64,000 nt of DNA from an uncultured Anaerolineales bacterium (GTDB taxonomy: Bacteria; Chloroflexota; Anaerolineae; Anaerolineales; UBA11858). A program made the translations under genes and the position numbers. The notes beneath the pieces are model-generated. The model did not search any database. It saw nothing but the letters and a program-made list of their open reading frames with translations, and had not been told where the DNA came from. Where the stretch lies: contig CAYZTL010000003.1 in the NCBI GenBank assembly GCA_964481465.1, forward strand, positions 65,717 through 129,716, read 5' to 3'. Below are positions 28,238 to 37,860 of this stretch, one piece after another; the stretch's first letter is position 1; each line of letters starts with the position of its first letter.

Positions 28238-29191
28238 TCACTCTTTAGCGCCTAACACCAAAGCCAGAAGCGCCATGCGCATGACCACACCGTTGAAGCC
28301 CTCCTCCCAATAGCGTGACCAGCGGGTGTGGTCCACGTCCGGGGGAATCTCATCCATGCGGGGCAGGGAGTGGAGCAGGATGGCGTCAGATTTGGCCTTG
28401 GTTTCCAGCAACTCTTTGGTGATTTTGAATTGGGGGGGAGTCTGGGCCACTTCACCCTTCCGTTCATCGCGGGATTTGGTGTAATCCGGCTGGACCACCG
28501 GCTCGACCAGGATGACATCCGCCTCTCCAATTACTTCTCGCACATCATCGCCTTCCGTGAAGTCCAGGCTGCCGGCTTTGAAGTCTTCCCTGTACTCATC
28601 CGGGAGGGACATGTCGTCCGGGGAAATCAAGGTCAGGGGGCAGTCAAACTGGGTCAGGGCATGGCCCAGGGAATGCATGGTGCGCATGCGCATGTCGCCC
28701 ACAGCGACCCAATTCAAGCCATCGATGGTCCCTTTTTCCTTCAAGACGGTGTAGAGATCGGTCAGAATCTGCGTGGGATGTTCCCCCCACCCGTCCCCAC
28801 CGTTGATCACCGGCACGCTGACCCATTTGGCCGCTTCATGAGGCGCGCCTTTCTGGAAGTGGCGGGTGACGATCACATCCCCATAATGCTCCAACATCTT
28901 GAACGTGTCTTTGATGGACTCCTGGTAGAAGTCGCCCGCGCGGGTCACGCTGGCATCCGCAAAACCGGTCACCTTCCCCCCCAAGCGCAGCATAGCGGAC
29001 TCATGCGCCAATCGGGTTCGGGTGGAGGGCTGATAGAAAGCCGTCACCAGCGTCTTTTCTTTGAGCAGGTCGACATTTTTCCGATTGTGCGCGATGGGCG
29101 CCAGTTCGTCAGCGACCTCAAAGACCCGCAGAAATTCGCGGCGCTCAAAATCCTTCAAAGATAAAATGTCTCGTCCTAAAAAACTTCGCAT
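28238..29191 (-). CDS. aspartate carbamoyltransferase-like paralogue (non-canonical second-substrate site)
   Basis: 317 aa. STRTRLAHESAMLRLGG, HPTQILTDL, LHSLPRMDEI and NGVVMRMALLALVLG align with PyrB. The conserved TR(V/I)Q segment reads EPVVQ instead. Confidence 0.8.
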   Translation of the reverse strand: MRSFLGRDILSLKDFERREFLRVFEVADELAPIAHNRKNVDLLKEKTLVTAFYQPSTRTRLAHESAMLRLGGKVTGFADASVTRAGDFYQESIKDTFKMLEHYGDVIVTRHFQKGAPHEAAKWVSVPVINGGDGWGEHPTQILTDLYTVLKEKGTIDGLNWVAVGDMRMRTMHSLGHALTQFDCPLTLISPDDMSLPDEYREDFKAGSLDFTEGDDVREVIGEADVILVEPVVQPDYTKSRDERKGEVAQTPPQFKITKELLETKAKSDAILLHSLPRMDEIPPDVDHTRWSRYWEEGFNGVVMRMALLALVLGAKE

Positions 29192-29224
29192 GTCCTTTAC
29201 TCCTTTTCATATAAATTGAATGCT

Positions 29225-30001
29225 CTATAGGTTTATGTCTTCCTGTCCCTCACCTCTTGCCCACGAAGATGAACCTGAAATCTCGTTCCCTACATGGCGC
29301 ACGATATGAAAACGGAAGTAGCCCGGCAAGAAATAGCTGAATGAATAATCCACCACCCGTCCCCTGGTGGAGTACAACTGGGAGCGGAACATCAAGATGG
29401 GTGCGTGGCGTTGGATATCCAGCGCGCTGGCAATTTCTGGCGAAGCGCCGGTGGCGTTGATATCCGTGCGCGAACTTGCCAGGGGAGGTTGATTCTTTTC
29501 TAATAACAGATCCAAAATGGAGCCCGTGAAGTCAGACGGGATTTCATCCGCTGTCAAGACATCAGTGGGTAATATGTCAACCAAATAGGCAACCGGCCGG
29601 TTCTCCGCCATGATGACCCTTGACACGCGGACGATGTCTACATCCAAATCCAAATCCAATGCTTCCGCTTCCTCTTCGCTGGGAAAACCCCGGACAACTT
29701 CCAGTTCCCCCATTGACACGGAAAGGCCAATCCTCTCCGCCAACGTGTCCAAACTGACCAGATGTTCCAACCCGCTCTCGAAAACCTCGGTGGGGTGGAT
29801 CACAAACGTACCCACGCCCTGTTTTCTGCGCAGTAAACCCCTCGTTTCAAAAGTCCTCATCACTTCCCGAAGGGTAGCCCGGGACACACCAAGCTGATCA
29901 GCAAGCTTGGGTTCCGAGGGCAGCCGTTCCCCGGTTTGCATGTCGGCGATGATCGCGCTTAATTTTTCCCGGACTGTCTCTGAAACTCCCTGGGTACCCA
30001 T
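29225..30001 (-). CDS. GntR-family transcriptional regulator, HutC subfamily (winged HTH + UTRA domain)
   Basis: 258 aa. LPSEPKLADQLGVSRATLREVMRTFETRGLLRRKQGVGTFV is the GntR HTH signature. The length fits a UTRA effector domain. Confidence 0.9.
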   Translation of the reverse strand: MGTQGVSETVREKLSAIIADMQTGERLPSEPKLADQLGVSRATLREVMRTFETRGLLRRKQGVGTFVIHPTEVFESGLEHLVSLDTLAERIGLSVSMGELEVVRGFPSEEEAEALDLDLDVDIVRVSRVIMAENRPVAYLVDILPTDVLTADEIPSDFTGSILDLLLEKNQPPLASSRTDINATGASPEIASALDIQRHAPILMFRSQLYSTRGRVVDYSFSYFLPGYFRFHIVRHVGNEISGSSSWARGEGQEDINL

Positions 30002-30003
30002 GG

Positions 30004-31806
30004 CTATACTTCTTCAACTACGGGGATAAGTTCAAATTTATCAGCATCCACCAATCCCAAATCTGAAATCCGCAAGGCGGGAATGACCACCAAAGCCAAA
30101 AGGCTGAGCTGCATATTGGGATTCTTAATCGTGCACCCGCACTCCCGGAACCCTTCTAACACCGACGCGGCTTCTTCCGCCACGATCTCAGCCCGCTTAT
30201 CGGACATCAAACCAGCGATCGGCAAGGGGACTTTCCCGATCACTTCCCCCCCTTTGACCACTACCTGCCCCCCCTGCATATCCACCAACTCATTGGCGGC
30301 CTGGGCCATTTGGGCTTCATCCGTCCCCACCACGATCATGTGATGTGAGTCGTGAGCAACCGTACTGGCAATGGCGCAATCCGGGCCAAGTTCAAAGCCC
30401 TGCACCAAACCCACTTGCACACCTCCGGTGGCATTGTGCCGCTCTACCAAGGCAATTTTCGCTAAATCGCGCGCCAAATCCACCTTGACTTCGCCGCCTT
30501 CCGCCTCTACGGGAATCCGCAAGTGCTTCGTGGGCGCCTGCCCTTCGATGACGCCGATGACATGGGCTTCCAGTTCCGCACCGGACAGCTCTTCCGGGAC
30601 CTGCAAGCGGAAATCATCCGCTTTCAGAGGGCGTTTGACGTTGACGGAATGGGTCGCCCAGCGGGGATACGCCACCTCCGGCATATCGACCTCCCAGCCC
30701 CCTTTTTCGGCAATCACCTGGCCTTTGGCGATCACCACTTCCGCGCGGAAATCATCCAAATCCGGAACCAGGAGGATGTCTGCATAGCGCCCGGGGGCAA
30801 TTTGTCCCATATCCCGCGCCACCCCGAAGTGCTCCGCGGTGTTCAAGGTCGCCATTTGGATCACAGTTAGAGGATCGACGCCCAAACCAATAGTATGGCG
30901 GACCACGCGGTCCATATGTCCCTCGTTGACCAGAGTCTCAGAATGGGTGTCATCCGTGCAGAGCAGGAAATGCCGGGAATCCAATCCCTCTTCGGTGACC
31001 GCTCTGATCTGGGCTTCGACATCCAGCCAGCCGGATCCGTAACGGAGCATGGCTTTCATTCCCTGCCGGACACGCGCCAGCGCGTCTTCCTTGCGGGTCC
31101 CCTCGTGATCGTCCTCAGGGCCGCCCGCTGCGTAGCCATGAAAAGGCATTCCCAGATCGGGGGACGCATAATGCCCCCCTACCACTTTCCCTGCACTCCT
31201 GGTGGCTGCCATTTCATCGTGCATTTTCTGGTCATTGTTAAACACGCCGGGGAAATTCATCATTTCCCCCAGCCCGATAATCCGTTCCCAGGACATGGCT
31301 TCCGTGACTTCTTCCGGACCAATGCTGGACCCCGGTGTCTCCAAGCCCGGGGCGGAGGGGACACAGGAGGGCACCTGCACCCAGACGTGGATGGGCTGCT
31401 TTTCGGCTTCTTCAGCCATCAAACGTACGCCCTTCAACCCAAAGACATTGGCGATCTCATGGGGATCGACGAACATGCCCGTCGTCCCATGGGGAGCTAC
31501 GGCGCGGACGAATTCGGTGATGGTGACCATGCCGGATTCAATGTGCATGTGGGCGTCCAATAAGCCGGGCACTAGATAACAGCCCTCAGCCCGGATGACC
31601 TCCGTCCCGTCGCCAATGGTGTGAGAAGCGTCTTCTCCCACGAAAGCGATCCGCTCCCCTACCACAGCGATATCGATGTCAGGGATGATCTCTCCCGACT
31701 GGACGTTCACCCACTGCCCGCCCTTTATCACCACATTGGCGGGCGCTCTCCCCATCGCCACATCCACTAACTTCTGCGTTCGTTCACGAATGGTTTTCAT
31801 GTTCAT
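30004..31806 (-). CDS. ade: adenine deaminase-family amidohydrolase
   Basis: The track ORF runs to 31851. ATG 31806 follows AGGAG. GLLDAHMHIESGMVT...GTTGMFVDPHEIANVFG is the COG1001 adenine deaminase pattern. About 600 aa. Confidence 0.85.
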   Translation of the reverse strand: MNMKTIRERTQKLVDVAMGRAPANVVIKGGQWVNVQSGEIIPDIDIAVVGERIAFVGEDASHTIGDGTEVIRAEGCYLVPGLLDAHMHIESGMVTITEFVRAVAPHGTTGMFVDPHEIANVFGLKGVRLMAEEAEKQPIHVWVQVPSCVPSAPGLETPGSSIGPEEVTEAMSWERIIGLGEMMNFPGVFNNDQKMHDEMAATRSAGKVVGGHYASPDLGMPFHGYAAGGPEDDHEGTRKEDALARVRQGMKAMLRYGSGWLDVEAQIRAVTEEGLDSRHFLLCTDDTHSETLVNEGHMDRVVRHTIGLGVDPLTVIQMATLNTAEHFGVARDMGQIAPGRYADILLVPDLDDFRAEVVIAKGQVIAEKGGWEVDMPEVAYPRWATHSVNVKRPLKADDFRLQVPEELSGAELEAHVIGVIEGQAPTKHLRIPVEAEGGEVKVDLARDLAKIALVERHNATGGVQVGLVQGFELGPDCAIASTVAHDSHHMIVVGTDEAQMAQAANELVDMQGGQVVVKGGEVIGKVPLPIAGLMSDKRAEIVAEEAASVLEGFRECGCTIKNPNMQLSLLALVVIPALRISDLGLVDADKFELIPVVEEV

Positions 31807-31857
31807 GGGGAACACTCCTGAGAAGATTATTATCGAATAAAACCTTTCCAAAACAAT

Positions 31858-33240
31858 TCAGCGAACCAGTTTCCTTGCCAATTGGTTGTGGGTTTCCATG
31901 AGCTGGTTGACATCTGCGGTAACCAGTTCTCCTTCCTTGACGACAAATTTCCCGCCCACCACGTTGTAAGCAACAGCGCTTGGAGCGCAAAAAGGCACGG
32001 CAGCGACCGGATCATGCAGGGCGCCAGCATATCCTAACTGCTGTAAATCGAGGGCGATGAAATCCCCCACTTTCCCCTTTTCCAACGATCCGATGTCTGG
32101 ACGACCTAACACCGCTGCACCGCCCCGCGTACCCATCTCCAGCGCCTGGCGGGCAGACATGATCGGCAGGGCATTTTCTCCCGAGCGAGAAGCCCCCAAC
32201 ATCCCCGCTCTCAAACGAGCCAAAAGCATGGCCCGCCGGACCTCTTCGATCATATGCGAACTGTCATTGCTGGCTGAGCCGTCGACACCGACGCCCACAT
32301 GGATCCCGGCCTTCAACATATCCAGGATGGGCGCTGCACCGGACGCCAGGCGCATGTTTGAACCGGGGCAGTGAGCGACGCCGCACTCGTGCTTTGCATA
32401 CTTGGCCAATTCCTGATCATTGACATGCACCGAATGGGCAAACCAGACATCCGACCCCATCCAATCCACCTCTTCCATGTAAGCAACGGGACGTTTCCCA
32501 AATTGCTCCAAGCAGAAATCAACTTCATCTTCCGTCTCTGCCAGATGGGTATGCAGCCGGACACCGTACTCCCGGGCCAAGGCAGCGCTTTCCCGCATCA
32601 AATCTCCCGTGACGCTGAACGGCGAGCAGGGAGCGAGGGCAATTTGCAGGAAGGATCCCGGGTCGGGGTCATGGTATTCCTCAATCACCCGCTGGGAATC
32701 GCGCAGGATCTCGTCTTCATCCTCCACCACACTATCTGGGGGAAGCCCCCCCTTGCTCTCCCCTAAGCTCATCGAACCCCGGGAAGCATGCAAACGCAAG
32801 CCGATCTCTCTGGCTGCCTGGATTTCGTCATCCAATCGGGAGCCGTTGGGAAAGAGATAGAGGTGATCTAAGGCTGTCGTGCATCCGGAAAGGGCCAATT
32901 CAGCCAAGGCGGTCTTCGTGGACACCCGGATTTCCTCAGGGCCCATTCTGGCCCAAATGGGATAGAGCGTCTTCAGCCAGTGGAACAGGTTTACATCCTG
33001 CGCCTCCGGAACCACCCTGGTCAAGGTTTGATAAAAGTGGTGGTGCGTGTTCACCAGCCCAGGGAGGACGATATGCCCTGAACCATCCAGCACCTCGTCT
33101 GCCTGGTCTGGCAAGGAAGCGGTGGGTCCAACCGCTTCAATGAATCCGTCTTTAATGAAAATACCACCGCCCTTAATCTCTCGACGGTGGTCATCCATGG
33201 TCACCAATATTTCCGCGTTTTTAACCAATAATGTGCTCAT
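31858..33240 (-). CDS. COG0402 amidohydrolase (8-oxoguanine/guanine/SsnA-type deaminase-like)
   Basis: 460 aa. LPGLVNTHHHFYQTLTR and HLAET...E are typical of the 8-oxoguanine deaminase/chlorohydrolase subgroup. Confidence 0.85.
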   Translation of the reverse strand: MSTLLVKNAEILVTMDDHRREIKGGGIFIKDGFIEAVGPTASLPDQADEVLDGSGHIVLPGLVNTHHHFYQTLTRVVPEAQDVNLFHWLKTLYPIWARMGPEEIRVSTKTALAELALSGCTTALDHLYLFPNGSRLDDEIQAAREIGLRLHASRGSMSLGESKGGLPPDSVVEDEDEILRDSQRVIEEYHDPDPGSFLQIALAPCSPFSVTGDLMRESAALAREYGVRLHTHLAETEDEVDFCLEQFGKRPVAYMEEVDWMGSDVWFAHSVHVNDQELAKYAKHECGVAHCPGSNMRLASGAAPILDMLKAGIHVGVGVDGSASNDSSHMIEEVRRAMLLARLRAGMLGASRSGENALPIMSARQALEMGTRGGAAVLGRPDIGSLEKGKVGDFIALDLQQLGYAGALHDPVAAVPFCAPSAVAYNVVGGKFVVKEGELVTADVNQLMETHNQLARKLVR

Positions 33241-33275
33241 TCGCCCTACCTGGTTTTCAAGCTGGACATCCTAAG

Positions 33276-33286
33276 TTGTCTGACAA
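33276..33286. promoter_or_regulatory. palindromic operator candidate O1 (TTGTC-N-GACAA), over the predicted transcription start
   Basis: TTGTCTGACAA lies within AGTTGTCTGACAATTAAA, immediately downstream of the -10 element on the minus strand. Confidence 0.6.
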
Positions 33287-33291
33287 TTAAA

Positions 33292-33320
33292 AGTTTAACA
33301 AAAAGGGGGCAATTTGTCAA
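33292..33320 (-). promoter_or_regulatory. sigma70-type promoter of the deaminase-transcarbamylase operon
   Basis: On the minus strand: TTGACA (33320-33315)-N17-TAAACT (33297-33292), about 50 nt upstream of ATG 33240. Confidence 0.55.
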
Positions 33321-33331
33321 TTGTCAGACAA
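33321..33331. promoter_or_regulatory. palindromic operator candidate O2 (TTGTC-N-GACAA), abutting the -35 box
   Basis: TTGTCAGACAA lies within CAATTGTCAGACAATTAAA. It is the exact reverse complement of O1, centre-to-centre 45 bp. Confidence 0.6.
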
Positions 33332-33446
33332 TTAAATTCCCATGAGAAGTGACCCTGTTGACGGATTGATCCACCCTGCCTCGGACTGCTCGACATACAG
33401 GGCGGATGGGATCGTTCGAGTCCCCCTCTCTCTGCGAGGTTGCGGG

Positions 33447-34556
33447 CTAGAATATATTCAGGCCAAAGAGATGATTCGCCAAGGAAGGATACAGCAAACA
33501 GAACACCGCCAGGGCCAAAATCAGGATTAACCCGACAAGGGCCAGCAAGGAAAGGCATCCGCCCCGAAATCTTTCCGCCCTGGAAGGGGTTTGCTCCTTC
33601 TCGTCAAAGAAAGAAGATACTTTTTCCTTTGTCCCTTCATCCAGATCTTTGGTGATAATCCGTTCTCCCTCGGATTCCTGGTCTTCTTTTGCATCCCCCG
33701 CATCTGACGCTCCCGCACGATCCATACCGAAGCTGAACGCAAACCGCCCACTCTGGGCTTTTAGCAGTTCATTTTTAAACTCCGCAGCCATCTGAAAGCG
33801 GTTGCTGGGATGCACTTCAAGGGCCTTCTCGATGGCATCCGCAACTCTCCGGGACACTTTCGGATTTCGCTCTCGAACGGGCGTCAATTCCTCCTGATCC
33901 ATCGTCCGCGCCAGACTGTCTTCCGGAGTGATCCCCGTCAGGGCGGTGTACAGGGTGGCCCCCAAAGAGTAAATATCCGTCCTGGGATCCGTTCGAGCAG
34001 CGCCATATTGTTCGGGAGGGGAGAAACCCATCGTCATCGCCCTGGCGCCCGTGGAAGTCGTTTGATCTCCCCGGATGATCTTCGCCAATCCGAAATCCAC
34101 CAAGTAGATTTCCTCTCGGGGCGTGATCCGCACGTTGCCCGGCTTGATATCCCGGTGCAAAACGACCGGATCATGGGAGTGCATGTAGGCGAGCGCATCA
34201 CAAATGGTCGCCCCGATCACGATTACCTCTTCCTCCGGAATGACCTTGATGCGCTCCATCCTCTCCTGAAGGTCTTCCCCCTCCACATAATCCATGATCA
34301 AGTATTGCCCTTGATCGGCAATGGAAAAGTGGTCTGTGACACGAGGTAAGTTGGGATGGCGGAGGCTGGCTAAGATGACCGCTTCCCGCTTGAATTGCCG
34401 TGTGTAATCCTCAATGGTGAATAGGTTTTCTTTGACCGCTACCTCAACCCCCAGGTTCTCATCCACTGCCCGGTATATGGATCCCATTCCTCCTTGGCCG
34501 AGGACTTCGATAATCCGATATCTATCTTTGAGGAGAGAACCCTGTTTGAGTGGCAT
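33447..34556 (-). CDS. Hanks-type Ser/Thr protein kinase with C-terminal membrane anchor
   Basis: 369 aa. GQGGMGSIYRAVD, VAVK, HRDIKPGN, DFGLA and SPPE are present, with a TM helix near the C-terminus. Confidence 0.9.
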   Translation of the reverse strand: MPLKQGSLLKDRYRIIEVLGQGGMGSIYRAVDENLGVEVAVKENLFTIEDYTRQFKREAVILASLRHPNLPRVTDHFSIADQGQYLIMDYVEGEDLQERMERIKVIPEEEVIVIGATICDALAYMHSHDPVVLHRDIKPGNVRITPREEIYLVDFGLAKIIRGDQTTSTGARAMTMGFSPPEQYGAARTDPRTDIYSLGATLYTALTGITPEDSLARTMDQEELTPVRERNPKVSRRVADAIEKALEVHPSNRFQMAAEFKNELLKAQSGRFAFSFGMDRAGASDAGDAKEDQESEGERIITKDLDEGTKEKVSSFFDEKEQTPSRAERFRGGCLSLLALVGLILILALAVFCLLYPSLANHLFGLNIF

Positions 34557-34650
34557 ATGGATCGCTCATCGTCTCCAAATACTCAAACTCACGTTTCCAA
34601 CCCGTGCTGGTGAATACGTATTCCCCTGAGCATAGGCAATTCAAGGTTTA

Positions 34651-36588
<1,938 letters not shown>

Positions 36589-36620
36589 TTACTATGAATA
36601 ACGAAGATAACTGCTTTTAA

Positions 36621-37637
36621 TCATTCCGCTGATTGCCTTTTTTCTAAGGCCTCTTCTCTTTTTTGCCAAAGGACGATCCCTTTGATCCAGCGGTTCATAT
36701 CTCGATAATAAACGAAACTTGCTGCCAAGACTCCCGTGGTCACGAAAGCATGGCCGGCAATGCTGATCAACATCAACCAAGAATCCTCAGGAGGAACTTG
36801 CCAAATCACATCCAATCCCTGGGTGATCAACATGGCCAGAATGATGAAAAATCCCGTCTGTAAAAAGGACAGGCTCGTCATGCGGATGCTTTCATACACC
36901 GAGCGCCACGCCTTTTTCTTGCTCACAAAAATGCCGTGGGGGGAGAAGAAAAGCGGGAAGAGCATCCAAATGTAAACCATGCTGAAGAGCAAAAACGCCA
37001 CTTGGGCGAAGGAGATATTGATGAAAGCCAGCCCGGTAATGAAACAACCTCCCAAGAAAGAGACAGCAACAAATAAAGCAAACCAAATCAAACTGAGCAG
37101 TAAGGTGTGTTTGATCAACCACGGCCATTGGGTCAGTATCTCATGCCAGCGAACCTCATCATAAAGGACAGCTCGATTGACTCCAGCATAATAAAAGGCT
37201 CCCACCACCATGCCGATGAGCAGAAAAAAGAGGACGATGAGGAAGGCGCTTCCGGGATCGTTCACCTCGACAACGAGGGGGTCGCCGAAAGGGGTTGTCA
37301 CAGGCAGTAATGAGCTCAATAAACTAAATATCCCCACCGGAAAGGACCGCAGCGCAATGACTAAATTCAACCGTTCTGCAAAGACCGTCCACACCTCTCG
37401 ACTGGCTTGCAGGAGTTCATTCAACTCGGGGTTATCGAGAGCTGAAAACGAGAAAAACCCGCTGATCAGCCCTTCAATTTGCCTCTTTACCCGAATATGT
37501 GGCGCAAGCCAGATGATTAAATCCAAGATGAGAGGGAATAAAATCAATCCAACGTGCTGTGTGATCGCATCAAACCCGATTCGTATTGATTTCAGCGTTT
37601 TTGGGGGCTCTGGAATGCTGTTTTCTCGGCTCATCAT
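36621..37637 (-). CDS. polytopic membrane protein (hypothetical)
   Basis: 338 aa with about 7-8 hydrophobic helices. I recognise no motif. Confidence 0.6.
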   Translation of the reverse strand: MMSRENSIPEPPKTLKSIRIGFDAITQHVGLILFPLILDLIIWLAPHIRVKRQIEGLISGFFSFSALDNPELNELLQASREVWTVFAERLNLVIALRSFPVGIFSLLSSLLPVTTPFGDPLVVEVNDPGSAFLIVLFFLLIGMVVGAFYYAGVNRAVLYDEVRWHEILTQWPWLIKHTLLLSLIWFALFVAVSFLGGCFITGLAFINISFAQVAFLLFSMVYIWMLFPLFFSPHGIFVSKKKAWRSVYESIRMTSLSFLQTGFFIILAMLITQGLDVIWQVPPEDSWLMLISIAGHAFVTTGVLAASFVYYRDMNRWIKGIVLWQKREEALEKRQSAE

Positions 37638-37772
37638 CGAACATATATTTTACCATACATCTGCTATACTTTGGTCACTCTCCCCCCTCGCTCAGGGCCT
37701 TTTCGGCGTGAAAAATCACCCTGATTAAGCCGTATTTCCATGCCCTCTGTAAAGGGCTTCCCGGACACCATC

Positions 37773-37802
37773 TTGTGAATCGGATTGAAACGGTGTTACA
37801 AT
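37773..37802 (+). promoter_or_regulatory. candidate promoter of the mtaD-CYTH operon
   Basis: TTGTGA-N18-TACAAT with an extended -10 (TGT-TACAAT), about 60 nt upstream of ATG 37861. Confidence 0.4.
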
Positions 37803-37860
37803 CACAGCTTAAATAAGTTATCGTATTAAGCAAGACCTATGATCTAGGTAAGGAAGGAAA

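Noticed and set aside
28328-29164. Long antisense ORFs inside strong genes (this one at 278 aa, also 35467-36273, 14912-15691, 17366-18019, 30895-31563, 10660-11172, 38510-39070)
   Set aside because: Each lies opposite to, or out of frame with, a gene that has clear family motifs. Their Arg/Gly/Pro-rich composition is typical of non-coding frames in moderate- to high-GC DNA.
33405-33430. tRNA-like T-loop string GTTCGAGTCC
   Set aside because: The flanking bases (GATCG / CCCCC) cannot form a T-stem, and no acceptor or anticodon arms can be drawn.
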